Origin: Eledone cirrhosa
Lineage: Eukaryota
Direction of reading: 5' to 3'
DNA length: 64,000 bases
Assembly (NCBI GenBank): GCA_964016885.1
Contig: OZ024758.1
Span: 186,001 to 250,000 of the forward strand
Shown: one piece after another, positions 24,533-37,614 of the stretch
How the letters are laid out: the number at the start of each line of letters is the position of its first letter
How positions within the stretch are numbered: the stretch's first letter is position 1
Made by a program: the position numbers and the translations under genes
The notes under the pieces: generated by a model
Seen by the model: only the letters and a program-made list of their open reading frames with translations
Database searches by the model: none
Told to the model about the DNA's origin: nothing

Positions 24533-25273
24533 ACTTAGTTCCAGGTCATTAAAATAGAGCAAAGAGGGCGCGGCGATCGGCATATGCACTGGCTACAATG
24601 TTGAACTTTGGTACTGACTGCGTAGTTGAACGTTCCACATACCAACCGCCCAACTGGCCAGTCAACCGCATATGCGGCTGGCTGGCCGGTTGGGTAGTTG
24701 GCATATGTACTGGCTACCATGCTGAACATTGTACTGACTGTCAAGTTGAACGTTCTAACCCTCTCTTTACATCTATTACTCTATCTACCGCTTATTTCTC
24801 CCCCTCTCTTTACTTCTATAACTCTATCTCCCACTCTCTTTACATCTATTACAGTGTCTCCCTGTATATATACACGTATATATGCACTAGATTTTATAAG
24901 AAATCTACGTAATAATATAATTAACAATAGTTGATGAATTAGACCAGAGTTAATTAAACAATAAATATGAATGAAATAGCAGTAGATGGCGAAACTTGAG
25001 TGTTGTGTGTGCATACATATATATGAGGTAAACTGGTTCAAATACTGTCAGGATTATATTGGATCAAAGACTGTATTAAATAGAAAGTAAAAAATGAAGT
25101 GAAAATATAAAAACAAACTGAAAATTTCCCCATCCCTAGAAAAATTCATATCTTGTTATATATAGATAATTGGCGCTTTAAATTGAATAAATATTCATTT
25201 ATATATATATATATATGTATATATATATGTACACTGATATATATGTGTGTATATATATATGTGTATATATATA

Positions 25274-25335
<62 letters not shown>

Positions 25336-25338
<3 letters not shown>

Positions 25339-25884
25339 ACTTCATCATACGTCCGCTTTTCCATGCTTGCAAGGGTGGGGTGGGAGCTGATTCTGGATTG
25401 GTTTCTACAGCTGGGTGCCCTTCCTGACGCCAACCCCGTTGCAGTGAGTGCTGGGTGCTTTTTTTTTCCGTGGCACCTCCACGTCAGCTTTACAGTGTGG
25501 GCTGGGTGCTTTTTTGCCGCGGCGCCTCCACGACCACTTTGCGGTGGGGTGGTGGGGTGGTATGTGTATACCCAGCCCATTGTCATTTGCCACACAGAAA
25601 AGCGTATAGCATCGTTCTTTACCCACGATGAATCTAGCAGACCCACCCCTCCACCTGGTCTCTTGAATACAACAAACATCGTCCTCCTTACGTTCAAGCA
25701 TTTCTACAACCTCGTTAGAGCCACCCTATAAGGTGCCTACATTAATGGTACCAACTCTGAAGTTTTGGATTGCGTTTGGAGGTTGGGAGCAGTGGGGAGC
25801 GGGGATGGGGTTAGGGTTAGCCATCCGCGGCCGAAACAAAGAGGAGGAGCCCTTGCATTCTCGTCCATGAGGTGGATTTGTCTT
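25336..25884 (-). mobile_element. Non-autonomous RTE derivative
   Basis: Copy of 1433-1983. Confidence 0.8.
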
Positions 25885-26812
25885 TATGTATGTATATGTA
25901 TATATGTATGTATGTGTGTGTATGTATGTATATGTATATATGAGTGTATATGTGTATATGTATGTATATGTATGTGTATGTATGTGTATATATGTGTATA
26001 TGTATGTGTTTGTATATATGTGTGTGTATGTATATATGTGTGTGTATGTATATATATATATGTATGTACGTGTATATGTATGTATATGTATGTATGTGTA
26101 TATGTATATATGTATGTATATGTGTGTATGTATGTATATATGTATGTATGTGTATATATGTATGTATGTATATGTATATATACGTGTGTATATGTATATA
26201 TACTTATGTGTATATGCTTATGTATGTGTATGTGTGTATATTTATATTATGTATATATATATATCTATGTATGTGTATGTATGTATATATATGTATGTAT
26301 ATGTGTATGTATGTATATGTATGTATGTGTATATGTATATATGTGTGTATGTATGTATATATGTATGTATGTGTATATATGTATGTATGTATATGTATAT
26401 ATACGTGTGTATATGTATATATACTTATGTGTATATGCTTATGTATGTGTATGTGTGTATATTTATATTATGTATATATATATATCTATGTATGTGTATG
26501 TATGTATATATATGTATGTATATGTGTATGTATGTATATGTATGTATGTGTATATGTATATATGTGTGTATGTATGTATATATGTATGTATGTGTATATA
26601 TGTATGTATGTATATGTATATATACGTGTGTATATGTATATATACTTATGTGTATATGCTTATGTATGTGTATGTATGTATATTTATATTATGTATATAT
26701 ATATATCTATGTATGTATATGTATGTATATGTGTATGTATGTATGTGTATATATGTATGTATGTATATATATATGTATGTATATGTATGTGTATGTATAT
26801 GTATATGTATAT

Positions 26813-27167
26813 GGAGGCACATGGCTTAGTGGTTCGAGCATTGGCCTGGCAATCGAAAGGTTGTGAGTTCAATTCTCAGACCGGGTGATGTGTTGTTTCC
26901 TTGAGCAAGACACTTTATTTCACATTGCTCCAGTTTACTCAGCTGTAGAAATGAGATGATAGGGACTGGGGTCCATATCATTCCACTGCAAAGTGGTCGT
27001 GGAGGTGCCACGGCAAAAAAGCACTCAGCACTCACTGTAAATGAGGTTGGTGTTAGGAAGGGCATCCAGCTGTAGAAATCAAGCCAGAATCAGTTCCCGT
27101 CCCACCCTTGCAAGCAGGGAAAAAGCGGACTTAAAACGAAATGATGATGATGATGATGATGATGATG
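26813..27167 (+). mobile_element. tRNA-derived SINE
   Basis: Copy of 2470-2823. Confidence 0.85.
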
Positions 27168-27816
27168 TATGTATGTATGTGTATATGTATGTATGTATGT
27201 ATATGTATGTATGTGTATGAGATGCAGTTTGGTTTTGTGCCGCTGAAAAGTGCAACAGATGCCCTCTTCTTAGTGAGACAACTACAAAAGAGGTTCTTAG
27301 AGAAAAATAAGCCACTATACTTAGCTTTGGACATAGAGAAGGCTTTTGATAGAGAACTCTTATAAATGACAACATATATATATGTGTGTGTATATATATG
27401 TTTTTTTTAAAACTATATATTTATTACTCCCTTAAGCAGAAGAAATATATTCCCAGATATCGAAGATTACCACAATAACTAGGGAGCGGAAATCAATAGA
27501 TGCTGGACATTGCTGCTGAGGGTAGGATGACCTGATGAGCTGGCTCCTGTGGTGGATACCTAAACATAGTAAGACCCTAGTGGGATGACTGAGGTTCACC
27601 TACATACATCAGATGTCTCTGGATCTCCAGCTGGAGATTAATGATCTCAGGAATGCCATGAAAAATCGTGACATCTAAAAAAGAAGAGTAGAATTGTTCT
27701 GGCCAATCCACCTGACCTAATAAACAATAATAATATTAATATATATTGATGAAAATTAATTATGGTGAAATATCTTAGAAATCATTCTCAGAGGTTTTGT
27801 ATTGTAATCCACACTT

Positions 27817-29844
27817 GCTCCTTGTGGCTTCTGATGCAGACATCATGTCCGCCATCAGGTCCTTCCCAGCTAGCAGCTGCGGAGATGTTGATGGTCTCTG
27901 ACCAGGCCTCCTCAAGGAGTTGATATCTCCCCTCTCCGCTGAGGCCGGGCGCCGCCTTCTGAGTGCAATTGTGGCGCTCACCAATAGGCTCATCCATGGC
28001 GCCCTGGACTCTTATGCTCGAGGCCTCTTTTTTTCAGCCAGCTTCACCGCTCTCAGGAAGAAAGAGGATGGCATACGCCCCATTGCTGTGGGCAATGTCT
28101 TCCGGAGGCTGGCTGCCAAGGTAACCTGCAAGTCCGTAACACTCGGAACCGGCATCCAGGGACTCCAGCCACCTCATTGTCAAGTTTGACATGAGGAATG
28201 CCTTCAACTCTTTACGCTGGGATCATCTGCTCGAGGCCTGCCTCAGCCGAGCCCCCTCTGCCTAGCTGTCATATGGAGCCCCGAGCATGCGACATGCTGC
28301 TGATACGGTCATACCCTTGGCTACTGGGATCCAACAGGGCAACCCTTTGGGACCCCTCCTGTTCACCCTTGGTATTGACCACATCGCCCGGAGTATAACG
28401 GCCCCTCTCAACGTTTGGTATCTGGATGATGCTACTTTGGGTGGGCCCGTACAGGCGGTCTGCCATGACCTTCAATCGGTGGTTCCTGCCCTGGCGGGAA
28501 TCGACCTCCAGGTCAACTCAGCCAAGTCGGAGGTGGTGAATGTCAGCCTCGATGCTGCAAGCTTTGCAGTCGCCGTCTTGGACGTGCGGTCCATTCTCCG
28601 CCAGGTTCAGGTGACCCCCAAAGAGGATGCGCTCACCGATCCACCCGCCGGCCATCCGCTCCACCATCAAGTTCAGACTCTCACGAGCCGACTGGGCTTG
28701 ATTGATGGCCACCCAGTTCTCTTTCTGCTGAGGAACTGCTACGCCATGCCGAAGCTCCTCTATACACTCTGTGCTACACCCAGACTTGTATCCGAGCAGC
28801 AGCCGATGAGATATGCAACTTTACCTATCAGGTATGGCGACCTTCGCCTCCAGTCCCCGATCTCACTAGCTTTGCCAGCGTATCTTTCGTCGGTAACCTC
28901 GTACCACGTCCATCTCAGCAGGGTTCTTCAAAACACAACAGAACCCTCTGTGTTCAGAGAACGCGTGGCCGCCTGTGAGACGTGGCACCGGCTGGGACTT
29001 AGCCCAGTAGACGTTCCTCCTCCTTCTCCCCCTGTTGACGTCAAGTCCCCCCCCAACACACTTGGGATGCCATCCAGTGCAGCCTGGCCTCAGACAGGCT
29101 CACGTGCCAGCTCGACCAGCACCGCCTTGTTTGTTTTCGTGCGGCCTCCAAACCCCACAGTGGGGCCTGGCTCCATGCCCTGCCCTCCTTCTCCACTCGC
29201 ACGCAGCTAGACAACCATAGCTTGCGCATCGGCGTTTCCCTGAGGCTCGGCCTCACACCAATGTCGCTGCCGTTCCACCATGGACTCTTTCGGCCTCCAC
29301 CCGCTTTCCTGTCGCCACAGTGCCAGCCGCAATCCACGCCATGCTGCCCTCAGCGAAATCATTAAGCATGGCTTGGACGCTGCAGGCTTCCCTTCCCAGC
29401 TCCAGGGGACGGCAAAAGGCCAGATGGCATGACCATCTTCCCGTTCCGCGGTGGCAAACCCCTCGTCTGGGATGCCACTTGCACCGACACTTTCTGCAGC
29501 CGCAACCTGGTGCAGTCTGCGACTGGCCCAGGTTCTGCTGCACGTCAGGCTGAGAGGGCCAAACTGCTCACATATCGTTCACTCTCCGACAGGTTTGCGG
29601 TCGTACCCCTGGAAGTGGAGACTTCTGGTGTCCTCGACCCCAGGGCTACCTCCTTACTCACCACCATAGGGGCTGAGCTGGCCAGTCGCAGGTGTGAGCC
29701 CCGCGAGTTGGAGTGGCTTTTCCAGCGCGTCTCCCTTGCCGTGCTCCGGGGAAACGCCTTCTCCATTCTGTCCGCCGGGGCTGTGGGTGGGCCCCATCGC
29801 GTACCGTTATAGTTGTTGAAGAAGAAACAGGGAGACAACAACTG
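27817..29844 (+). mobile_element. Degenerate CRE-clade retrotransposon, type B
   Basis: 307-aa RT ORF at 28287-29210; extra 26 bp at 29305-29330; RPDG; 3' hairpin at 29811-29843. Confidence 0.9.
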
Positions 29845-30832
29845 GAATGTATACAAAACAACTAAATCTCTTAAATAACTTCACTTATATCCAAAATATG
29901 ATTTGTATATACATCAACAGTTACTCATTATTATACGCCAGTCACGACCCCACTGCAAAAACGATATCTATATAACAACCCCACCGTAAAACTACTCTTC
30001 CCCACTTTACAAACACTTTATATTATTTGTCATTAAGGTTTCTTAAAATAAATATATATACGTATGTGTAGTAATTAGTACGGAGACTGAGAGAGAAGGG
30101 GCGAGTGTGTCTTCATGGAGGGCACATGGGACCAGCAAAGCCCTAAAAGTAGAGACCAGTAAATGAGATAAGGTCCTAGCTATGTTAAGAATATAAATAA
30201 GAAACATGTTCTATACATTTAAGAAGACAAGAGAAACATGTTCTAAACATTTAAGAAATAATTATTTACCTCTTTCATGTCGGTAATATAGCGGTGTTAT
30301 AAAACTAATTATAACGACCGGTGTTAAAATAGAGAGAGATAGACAGATAAATGTGTGTCACACTCTCACCCTCTCTTTAAATCTTTTACACTATCTAACT
30401 CGTACATCTTTTACTCTATCTCCCTCTTATTTCTATCTGTGTACATTTCTATGTGTATGTATGTATCTGTCTATGTGTAACTCAGTGTACTGGAGCAATA
30501 TGAGGTGAAGTGTCTTGCTCAAGAAGACATTTTGTGGAGTTATATCATCGTTTCTTGTTATAAAGCTACTTATACTACCGGCGTAACAGTGGCTATAGGT
30601 GATAGATGTAGAAATAAAAGGCTGTAACAGCGATATAAATATAGATGAAATAGTTTACCACGAGACTAAGAATGAATGTTTAATGGAATTAAGTGTAATC
30701 TAATAGGAAATAAGAGGCTAGAGCAGCGAAATGTTTACGTAAAATAAAAGAACAACAAACAAGAGTGCAACATTGAAATTTTTGTTTTATTTTATCGATA
30801 TAAGCGTTATTTTATGCGCGATTTGCCTTGCT

Positions 30833-30945
30833 GCCGGCGTTGATCAGTCAGTAGCAGCCCCGCTTACGAAGTTCAGGAGCCAACGACTTTACATGGTTCG
30901 AATCTCACCCTCTCCGCTCTTGTCGAGTTATCTCCTACTCTTTTT
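30833..30945 (+). ncRNA. Candidate tRNA-derived Pol III small RNA, divergent variant, unit 6
   Basis: A-box region changed to GCCGGCGTTGATCAGTCAG; B box and T5 retained. Confidence 0.35.
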
Positions 30946-31590
30946 ACTTAGTTCCAGGTCATTTAAATAGAGCAAAGAGGTCGCGGCGATCGGCATATGC
31001 ACTGGCTACAATGTTGAACTTTGGTACTGACTGCATAGTTGAACGTTCCACATACCAACCGCCCAACTGGCCAGTCAACCGCAAATACGGCTGGCTGGCC
31101 GGTTGGGTAGTTGGCATATGTACTGACTGTCAAGTTGAACGTTCTAACCCTCTCTTTACATCTATTGCTCTATCTACCGCTTATTTCTCTCCCTCTCTTT
31201 ACTTCTATAACTCTATCTCCCACTCTCTTTACATCTATTACACAGTGTCTCCCTGTATATATACACGTATATATGCACTACATTTTATAAGAAATCTACG
31301 TAATAATATAATTAACAATAGTTGATGAATTAGACCAGAGTTAATTAAACAATAAATATGAATGAAATAGCAGTAGATGGCGAAACTTGAGTGTTGTGTG
31401 TGCATACATATATATGAGGTAAACTGGTTCAAATACTGTCAGGATTATATTGGATCAAAGACTGTATTAAATAGAAAGTAAAAAATGAAGTGAAAATATA
31501 AAAACAAACTGAAAATTTCCCCATCCCTAGAAAAATTCATATCTTGTTATATATAGATAATTGGCGCTTTAAATTGAATAAATATTCATT

Positions 31591-31625
<35 letters not shown>

Positions 31626-31723
31626 GTACACTGATATATATGTGTGTGTATATATATATATATATGTATGTGTATATGTGTACATATGTATGTGTATATA
31701 TATACTAATATATATATATATAT

Positions 31724-32066
31724 ATCAACTTCATCATACGTCCGCTTTTCCATGCTTGCAAGGGTGGGGTGGGAGCTGATTCTGGATTGGTTTCTACAGC
31801 TGGGTGCCCTTCCTGACGCCAACCCAGTTTGCAGTGAGTGCTGGGTGCTTTTTTTTTTTCCGTGGCACCTCCACGTCAGCTTTACAGAGCGGGCTGGGTG
31901 CTTTTTTGCCGTGGCGCCTCCACGACCACTTTACGGTGGGGTGGTGGGGTGGTATGTGTATACCCAGCCCATTGTCATTTCCCACCCAGAAAAGTTCATA
32001 GCACCGTTCTTTACCCACGATGAATCTAGCAGACCCACCCCTCCACCTGGTCTCTTGAATACAACA
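31724..32066 (-). mobile_element. Non-autonomous RTE derivative, truncated at the junction with the 5-kb block
   Basis: Matches 1433-1773, then breaks at CTTGAATACAACA|GTGG. Confidence 0.8.
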
Positions 32067-33188
32067 GTGGTTTCACTAAAATAAAAATTAAATTAAATTA
32101 AATTAAATTAATTATATTAGATAAATAGACATTGGGGTTCTCACCAAAGATTTTCAGTTATTTCTAAGAGATGTAAAAGGAAAATTAAAAAAAGATTAAT
32201 AGGACACATTAGACATGTCTCCAAGCAAGAATTGAACTTACAGACAAGGATCTCACCATCTCTGGTACTTCCCACTAAGCCACCAAGACTGCTACAAAGG
32301 TCTATTGAAAATTAATATTTATAAACCTACTTTCAAAATATAACTAATTTAATTAAAAATAAAATAAAATAAATAGACATTGGCGTTCTCACAAAACTTT
32401 TTCAGTTCTTTTTTCTAAGAAATGTCAAAGGAATATATATATATATATATTTTATTTTTAATTTTATTTTGAAAGTAGGTTTATAAATATTAAATTTCAG
32501 TACATCTTTGTATCAGTCTCGGTAGCTTAGTGGGAAGTACCAGAGATGGTGAGATCCTGTTCTGGGTGTTCAATCCTGGTCTGAGGGTTGAATTGGGGAC
32601 TCAGGTTCAATCCTGGTCCATGAGATACATGTAAGGTGTCATGTTAATCTTTTATAATTTTCTTTCTATATCTCTTTGAAAAAGAGAACCCCTATTTATT
32701 TAATTATATTGAATTTAATTTTTTATTTTAGTTAAATTGTCGAAAACACTGAAGATCTAAAGGTTGAGGAGACAATATGTCTATTTTATCTGTCTCCTCT
32801 AACTTTAGATCACCAGTGGTTTTGACAATTTAACTAAAGTAAAATAAAATAAAATAAATTAAATTATATTAGATAAATAGACATTGGGGTTCTCACCAAA
32901 GATTTTCAGTTTTTTCTGAGGAAAATTTAAAAAAAGATTAACAGGACACATTACAGCAATGATTGAACTCCCAGACCAGGATTGAACCTACAGACAAGGA
33001 CCTCACCATCTCTGGTACTTCCCACTAAGCCGCCAAGACTGCTACAACGGTCTGCTGATAATTAATATTTATAAACCTAATTTCAAAATAAAATTAATGT
33101 TATTAATTTTATTTAAAAATAAAATAAAATAAATAAACATTGGGGTTCTCACAAAACTTTTTCATTTTTTTTCTAAGAAATGTCAAAG

Positions 33189-33200
<12 letters not shown>
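32067..33200. repeat. Foldback element: ~640-bp imperfect palindrome (32460-33095) plus an extra upstream arm copy, each arm with a tRNA-like A/B-box head
   Basis: Centre GAGGAGACA (32766-32774), 16-nt spacer, TGTCTCCTC (32791-32799). Arms share CTTAGTGGGAAGTACCAGAGATGGTGAG or its reverse complement at ~32260, ~32526 and ~33005. Confidence 0.85.
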
Positions 33201-33218
<18 letters not shown>

Positions 33219-33222
<4 letters not shown>

Positions 33223-35145
33223 TCATCATCATCATCATCGTTTAACGTCCATATTCCACGCTTGCATGGGTTTGGACGGGAATTTTCCCACTTGAGGCAA
33301 GAGTGGTTGTCTTGCTCGCATAGGACTGTCTGGCGGGTTTTCTACAGCTGGATGCCCTTCCTAACACCAACCGCATTTACAGTGTGGGACTGGGAGGTTT
33401 TTACCGTGTTACCTACACGGCCACATTACTGCGTGGACTGTGTTTTTTTTTTTTGTCGTGACACCTACACGACCTCATTTGTTTCGGCCTGGATGTTGTG
33501 GCACCAACATAACTTTACATTGAAAGGGGCGGTGTGGATGGGGTGGGGGTGTATTTTGTTAGAGGTGCCTACTGACTGTAGTAGGTTTTACTTTGTATCT
33601 AGGTAAGGCGGGTCTTCTCTATTACTGAGTACCGCCAAAGATCTCGGTCCAGTGACATTGTCTTGGAGAGGTGTAAGTGTGTGAGGTCGGAATTTATCAA
33701 GTCGTCCCAGGTTTTTCTGGGTCTGCCTACTCCGTGGCTACCGTCTATCTTTATTGCCCTGCATTTTTTTTATACAGCTGTCGTCTTTCATCCGCATCAC
33801 GTGGACCATACCAACGTAGTCTTCTCTCGAGTACACAACATCTGATCCCTCTTATTTCTAATTTTTCCCTTAGTTCGTTTATGCTTTGCCGTTCACATAT
33901 ATTACTATTACACATCCAGCGAAGCATGCAAGCTTCGTTCCTCTCTAGTCTGCGTATATCCTCTGCACACAATGCCCAGGTCTCACTGCCATGCAACATT
34001 GCTGTTCATATGCAGGCATCATACAACCTGCCTTTCATTTTTAGGGAGAACCCTTTAGCGGCTAATAGTGGTATAAGCTCTCTGAACTTTTTCCATCCAG
34101 TTCTGACTCTAGTTACTGTACTTTCAGAGCACCCTCCCCCACTGCTGATTTTGTCACCCAGGTAACGGAAGCTGTCCACTATTTCTATAGAACCCTCTGC
34201 GCAATTGAAAGAGCTAGTATTTTGTGGGCACTTGCTGCTACTTATTGCACCAGAGCACCGGCCACATGTAAAATCTATGTTCTTAGTTAGCTTACCTGTG
34301 ATCCCACTACATCTTTTATGAACCCATACTTTGCATTTGGGACATAAAATGGAGTTTCTACCTACGCCTTTCCTACACACTGAGCATGGCCATTTCCCGG
34401 AAGGGACCGGCGCCTTATTTTCTTTCCTACAAACTAGAACTTTAGTCTTAGCCAGGTTAATTTTAAGGCCTTCTGATTCTAGGCCTTGCTTCCATGTTTG
34501 GAATTTCTTCTCTAGCTCGGCCATTGATTCAGCTATGAGCGTTAGATCATCTGCGTATAGGAGTTCCCATGGGCAGCCGGTCTTGAACTCCACTGTTATA
34601 GCCTGAAGGGCAATAATAAATAGTAGGGGGCTAAGGACGGAGCCCTGATGAACACCAACTTTTACGCTAAACTCTTCACTATATTCGTTGTTAATTCTAA
34701 CCTTGCTGACTGTTTCTTTATACATGGCTCGTATAGCTCTCACAAGCCATTCCTCAACACCTAGTTTTCTAAGAGCCCACCAGATAATGGAACGGGGGAC
34801 TCTGTCGAAGGCTTTCTCCAAGTCAACAAAAGCTAAGTATAGGGGTTTACTTTTAACTAGGTACTTCTCCTGTAGTTGTCGTACAATGAAAAGAGCGTCT
34901 GTGGTACTTTTACCTGACACAAACCCGAACTGCATTTCATCTAGATCAATTCTCTCTCTGATTAGTTGCGCTATTACTTTTTCCGTGACCTTCATGACCT
35001 GGTCGATTAATTTAATGCCTCTATAGTTACTCCTATCTAGGGCATCTCCTTTACCCTTGTAACAGTTAATGATGATGCTGCTACGCCAGTCCTTCAGAAC
35101 AACCCCATTCTGTATGACTTGGTTTACTATCCGGGTGACCATTAC
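33219..35145 (-). mobile_element. 5'-truncated RTE-clade LINE (RT with embedded PHD finger), premature stop, (GAT)n tail
   Basis: YKGKGD..NYRGIKL, QFGF, FVDLEKAFDRV, GVHQGSVLSPLLF, LYADDL, FRYLG; CI*TAMLHGSETW continues in frame after a TGA; tail GGACGTTAAACGATGATG. The N-terminal ~40 aa of the called ORF is flanking microsatellite. Confidence 0.93.
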
Positions 35146-35576
35146 GTGTATACATCTGAAAATGTATATATGTATGCAAAGATATAAGTAAACATACATG
35201 TATACATATAGATGGACAGTTATGCATATACAATAACTTATTTCTATACATACATATACCACAAGTAAGGCATGGTGCTGCCAACTAACCAGACCTCCCT
35301 CATAATGGACCAGCTAGATCCCAAAATACAGGCCTACTTGCCAACACACAGTCCCAATAAGTGTAAGTTACAGCGCAGCTATCTGGACAGACTTGTCTTA
35401 AGACTACACACTATCCCACTACATCTTTTGTATACTATATATATACTGTTTATATATATATATACTATATATATATATACTGTTTATATATATATACACA
35501 CATATAATTGTGTATTCACACATTATCTTAGTAATGAAATAATTAATAATTTTAGTAAATTGTTCAAAATTCTTCA

Positions 35577-35770
35577 TTAACCCTTTTGGTAGAAACCCAG
35601 CCAAAATTAGTTCTCGTACTATGGAAATGGTTCCTATCTAAATTAAAGTCTTCCAACAAAATTCTATATAACAACCATATGGTAAGTTACTATGTTAGTA
35701 ATTAACTAACAATTGTGATAAATAGCTCAAAATTATTCATAATTAATTGAATTATAAGGTTCATAATTAT
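35577..35770. mobile_element. Possible piggyBac-type MITE remnant
   Basis: Begins TTAA|CCCTTT (TTAA target plus CCC terminus); AT-rich body; the partner terminus was not found. Confidence 0.3.
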
Positions 35771-35936
35771 AATAAAATCTTCAAATAGGCTACGAAACCG
35801 GTAAACCTGAAAGGTACACAACACACACACATTGCTATAGCGTTTCACCAGCCCCTTCCTTCCTGAATTATTACAGAGATGTGTGTGTATGTAATAATTA
35901 TTTGTATAATGTGTGTCTATTTATGAATATGTATGA

Positions 35937-36670
35937 GTAGATGTGTGTGTGTGTATCACAGTAGATGTGTATGTAACACAGTAGATGTGTATATGTAACA
36001 GAGTAGATGTGTGTTTGCATGTAACTCAGTATATGTGTATGTAACTCAGTAGATGTGTGTGTGTAACACGGTAGATGTGTGTGTGTAACACGGTAGATGT
36101 GTGTGTGTAACACGGTAGATGTGTGTGTGTAACACGGTAGATGTGTGTATGTAACAGTAGATGTGTATGTATGTAACACAGTAGATGTGTATGTATGTAA
36201 CACAGTAGATGTGTGTATGTAACACAGTACATGTGTGTGTATGTAACTCAGTAGATGTGTGTGTATGTAACTCAGTAGATGTGTGTATGTAACACAGTAG
36301 ATTGTGTGTATGTAACATAGAAGATGTGTGTAACACAGTAGATGTGTGTGTATGTAACACAGTAGATCTGTGTGTATGTAACTCAGTAGATGTGTGTGTA
36401 TGTAACACAGGTGTGTGTATGTAACACAGTAGATGTGTGTATGTAACATAGTAGATGTGTGTATGTAACACAGAAGATGTGTGTGTATGTAACACAGTAG
36501 ATGTGTGTGTATGTAACTCAGTAGATGTGTGTGTATGTAACACAGTAGATGTGTGTGTAACACAGTAGATGTGTATGTAACGCAGTAGATGTGTGTGTAT
36601 ATAACCCAGTTGATGTGTGTGTGTATGTAACACAGTAGATGTGTGTATGTAACATAGTATATGTGTATGT
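35937..36670. repeat. ~19-25-bp minisatellite, GTAGATGTGTG(TG)TATGTAACACA consensus, ~30 copies
   Basis: Directly visible tandem repeat; source of the HTHLLCY ORFs. Confidence 0.95.
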
Positions 36671-37614
36671 AACTAAAGTGTAACGTACGTTACAAATGGA
36701 CGACAAAATGATTTTAACTTGTTTTTTAACAATTGATGGTGGAAAAGATTTTAAATTGTCTTAACTCAGACCATAAAGGGCCGCAACACATGGAGTCTGA
36801 CACTCTTACCGGCTACATAGCCTGGGCGTCTATTTTACCGCGACCGGCTACATAGCATCTTCCTAAAATCTTCCAACATAATTTTATACAAGAACCACAT
36901 GTTAAGTTACTAATAAAATAATTAATAAATAAAAACATTAGTAAGTCCTTCAAATGATATCTCAGTAATGAAATAATTAATAATTGTTATAAATACCTCA
37001 AAATTCCTCATTAATTAAACCTCATTAATTAATTAAGCCGCTGAAAAGTGCAACAGATGCCCTCTTCTTAGTGAGACAACTACAAAAGAGGTTCTTAGAG
37101 AAAAATAAGCCACTATACTTAGCTTTGGACATAGAGAAGGCTTTTGATAGAGAACTCTTATAAATGACAACATATATATATGTGTGTGTATATATATGTT
37201 TTTTTTAAAACTATATATTTATTACTCCCTTAAGCAGAAGAAATATATTCCCAGATATCGAAGATTACCACAATAACTAGGGAGCGGAAATCAATAGATG
37301 CTGGACATTGCTGCTGAGGGTAGGATGACCTGATGAGCTGGCTCCTGTGGTGGATACCTAAACATAGTAAGACCCTAGTGGGATGACTGAGGTTCACCTA
37401 CATACATCAGATGTCTCTGGATCTCCAGCTGGAGATTAATGATCTCAGGAATGCCATGAAAAATCGTGACATCTAAAAAAGAAGAGTAGAATTGTTCTGG
37501 CCAATCCACCTGACCTAATAAACAATAATAATATTAATATATATTGATGAAAATTAATTATGGTGAAATATCTTAGAAATCATTCTCAGAGGTTTTGTAT
37601 TGTAATCCACACTT

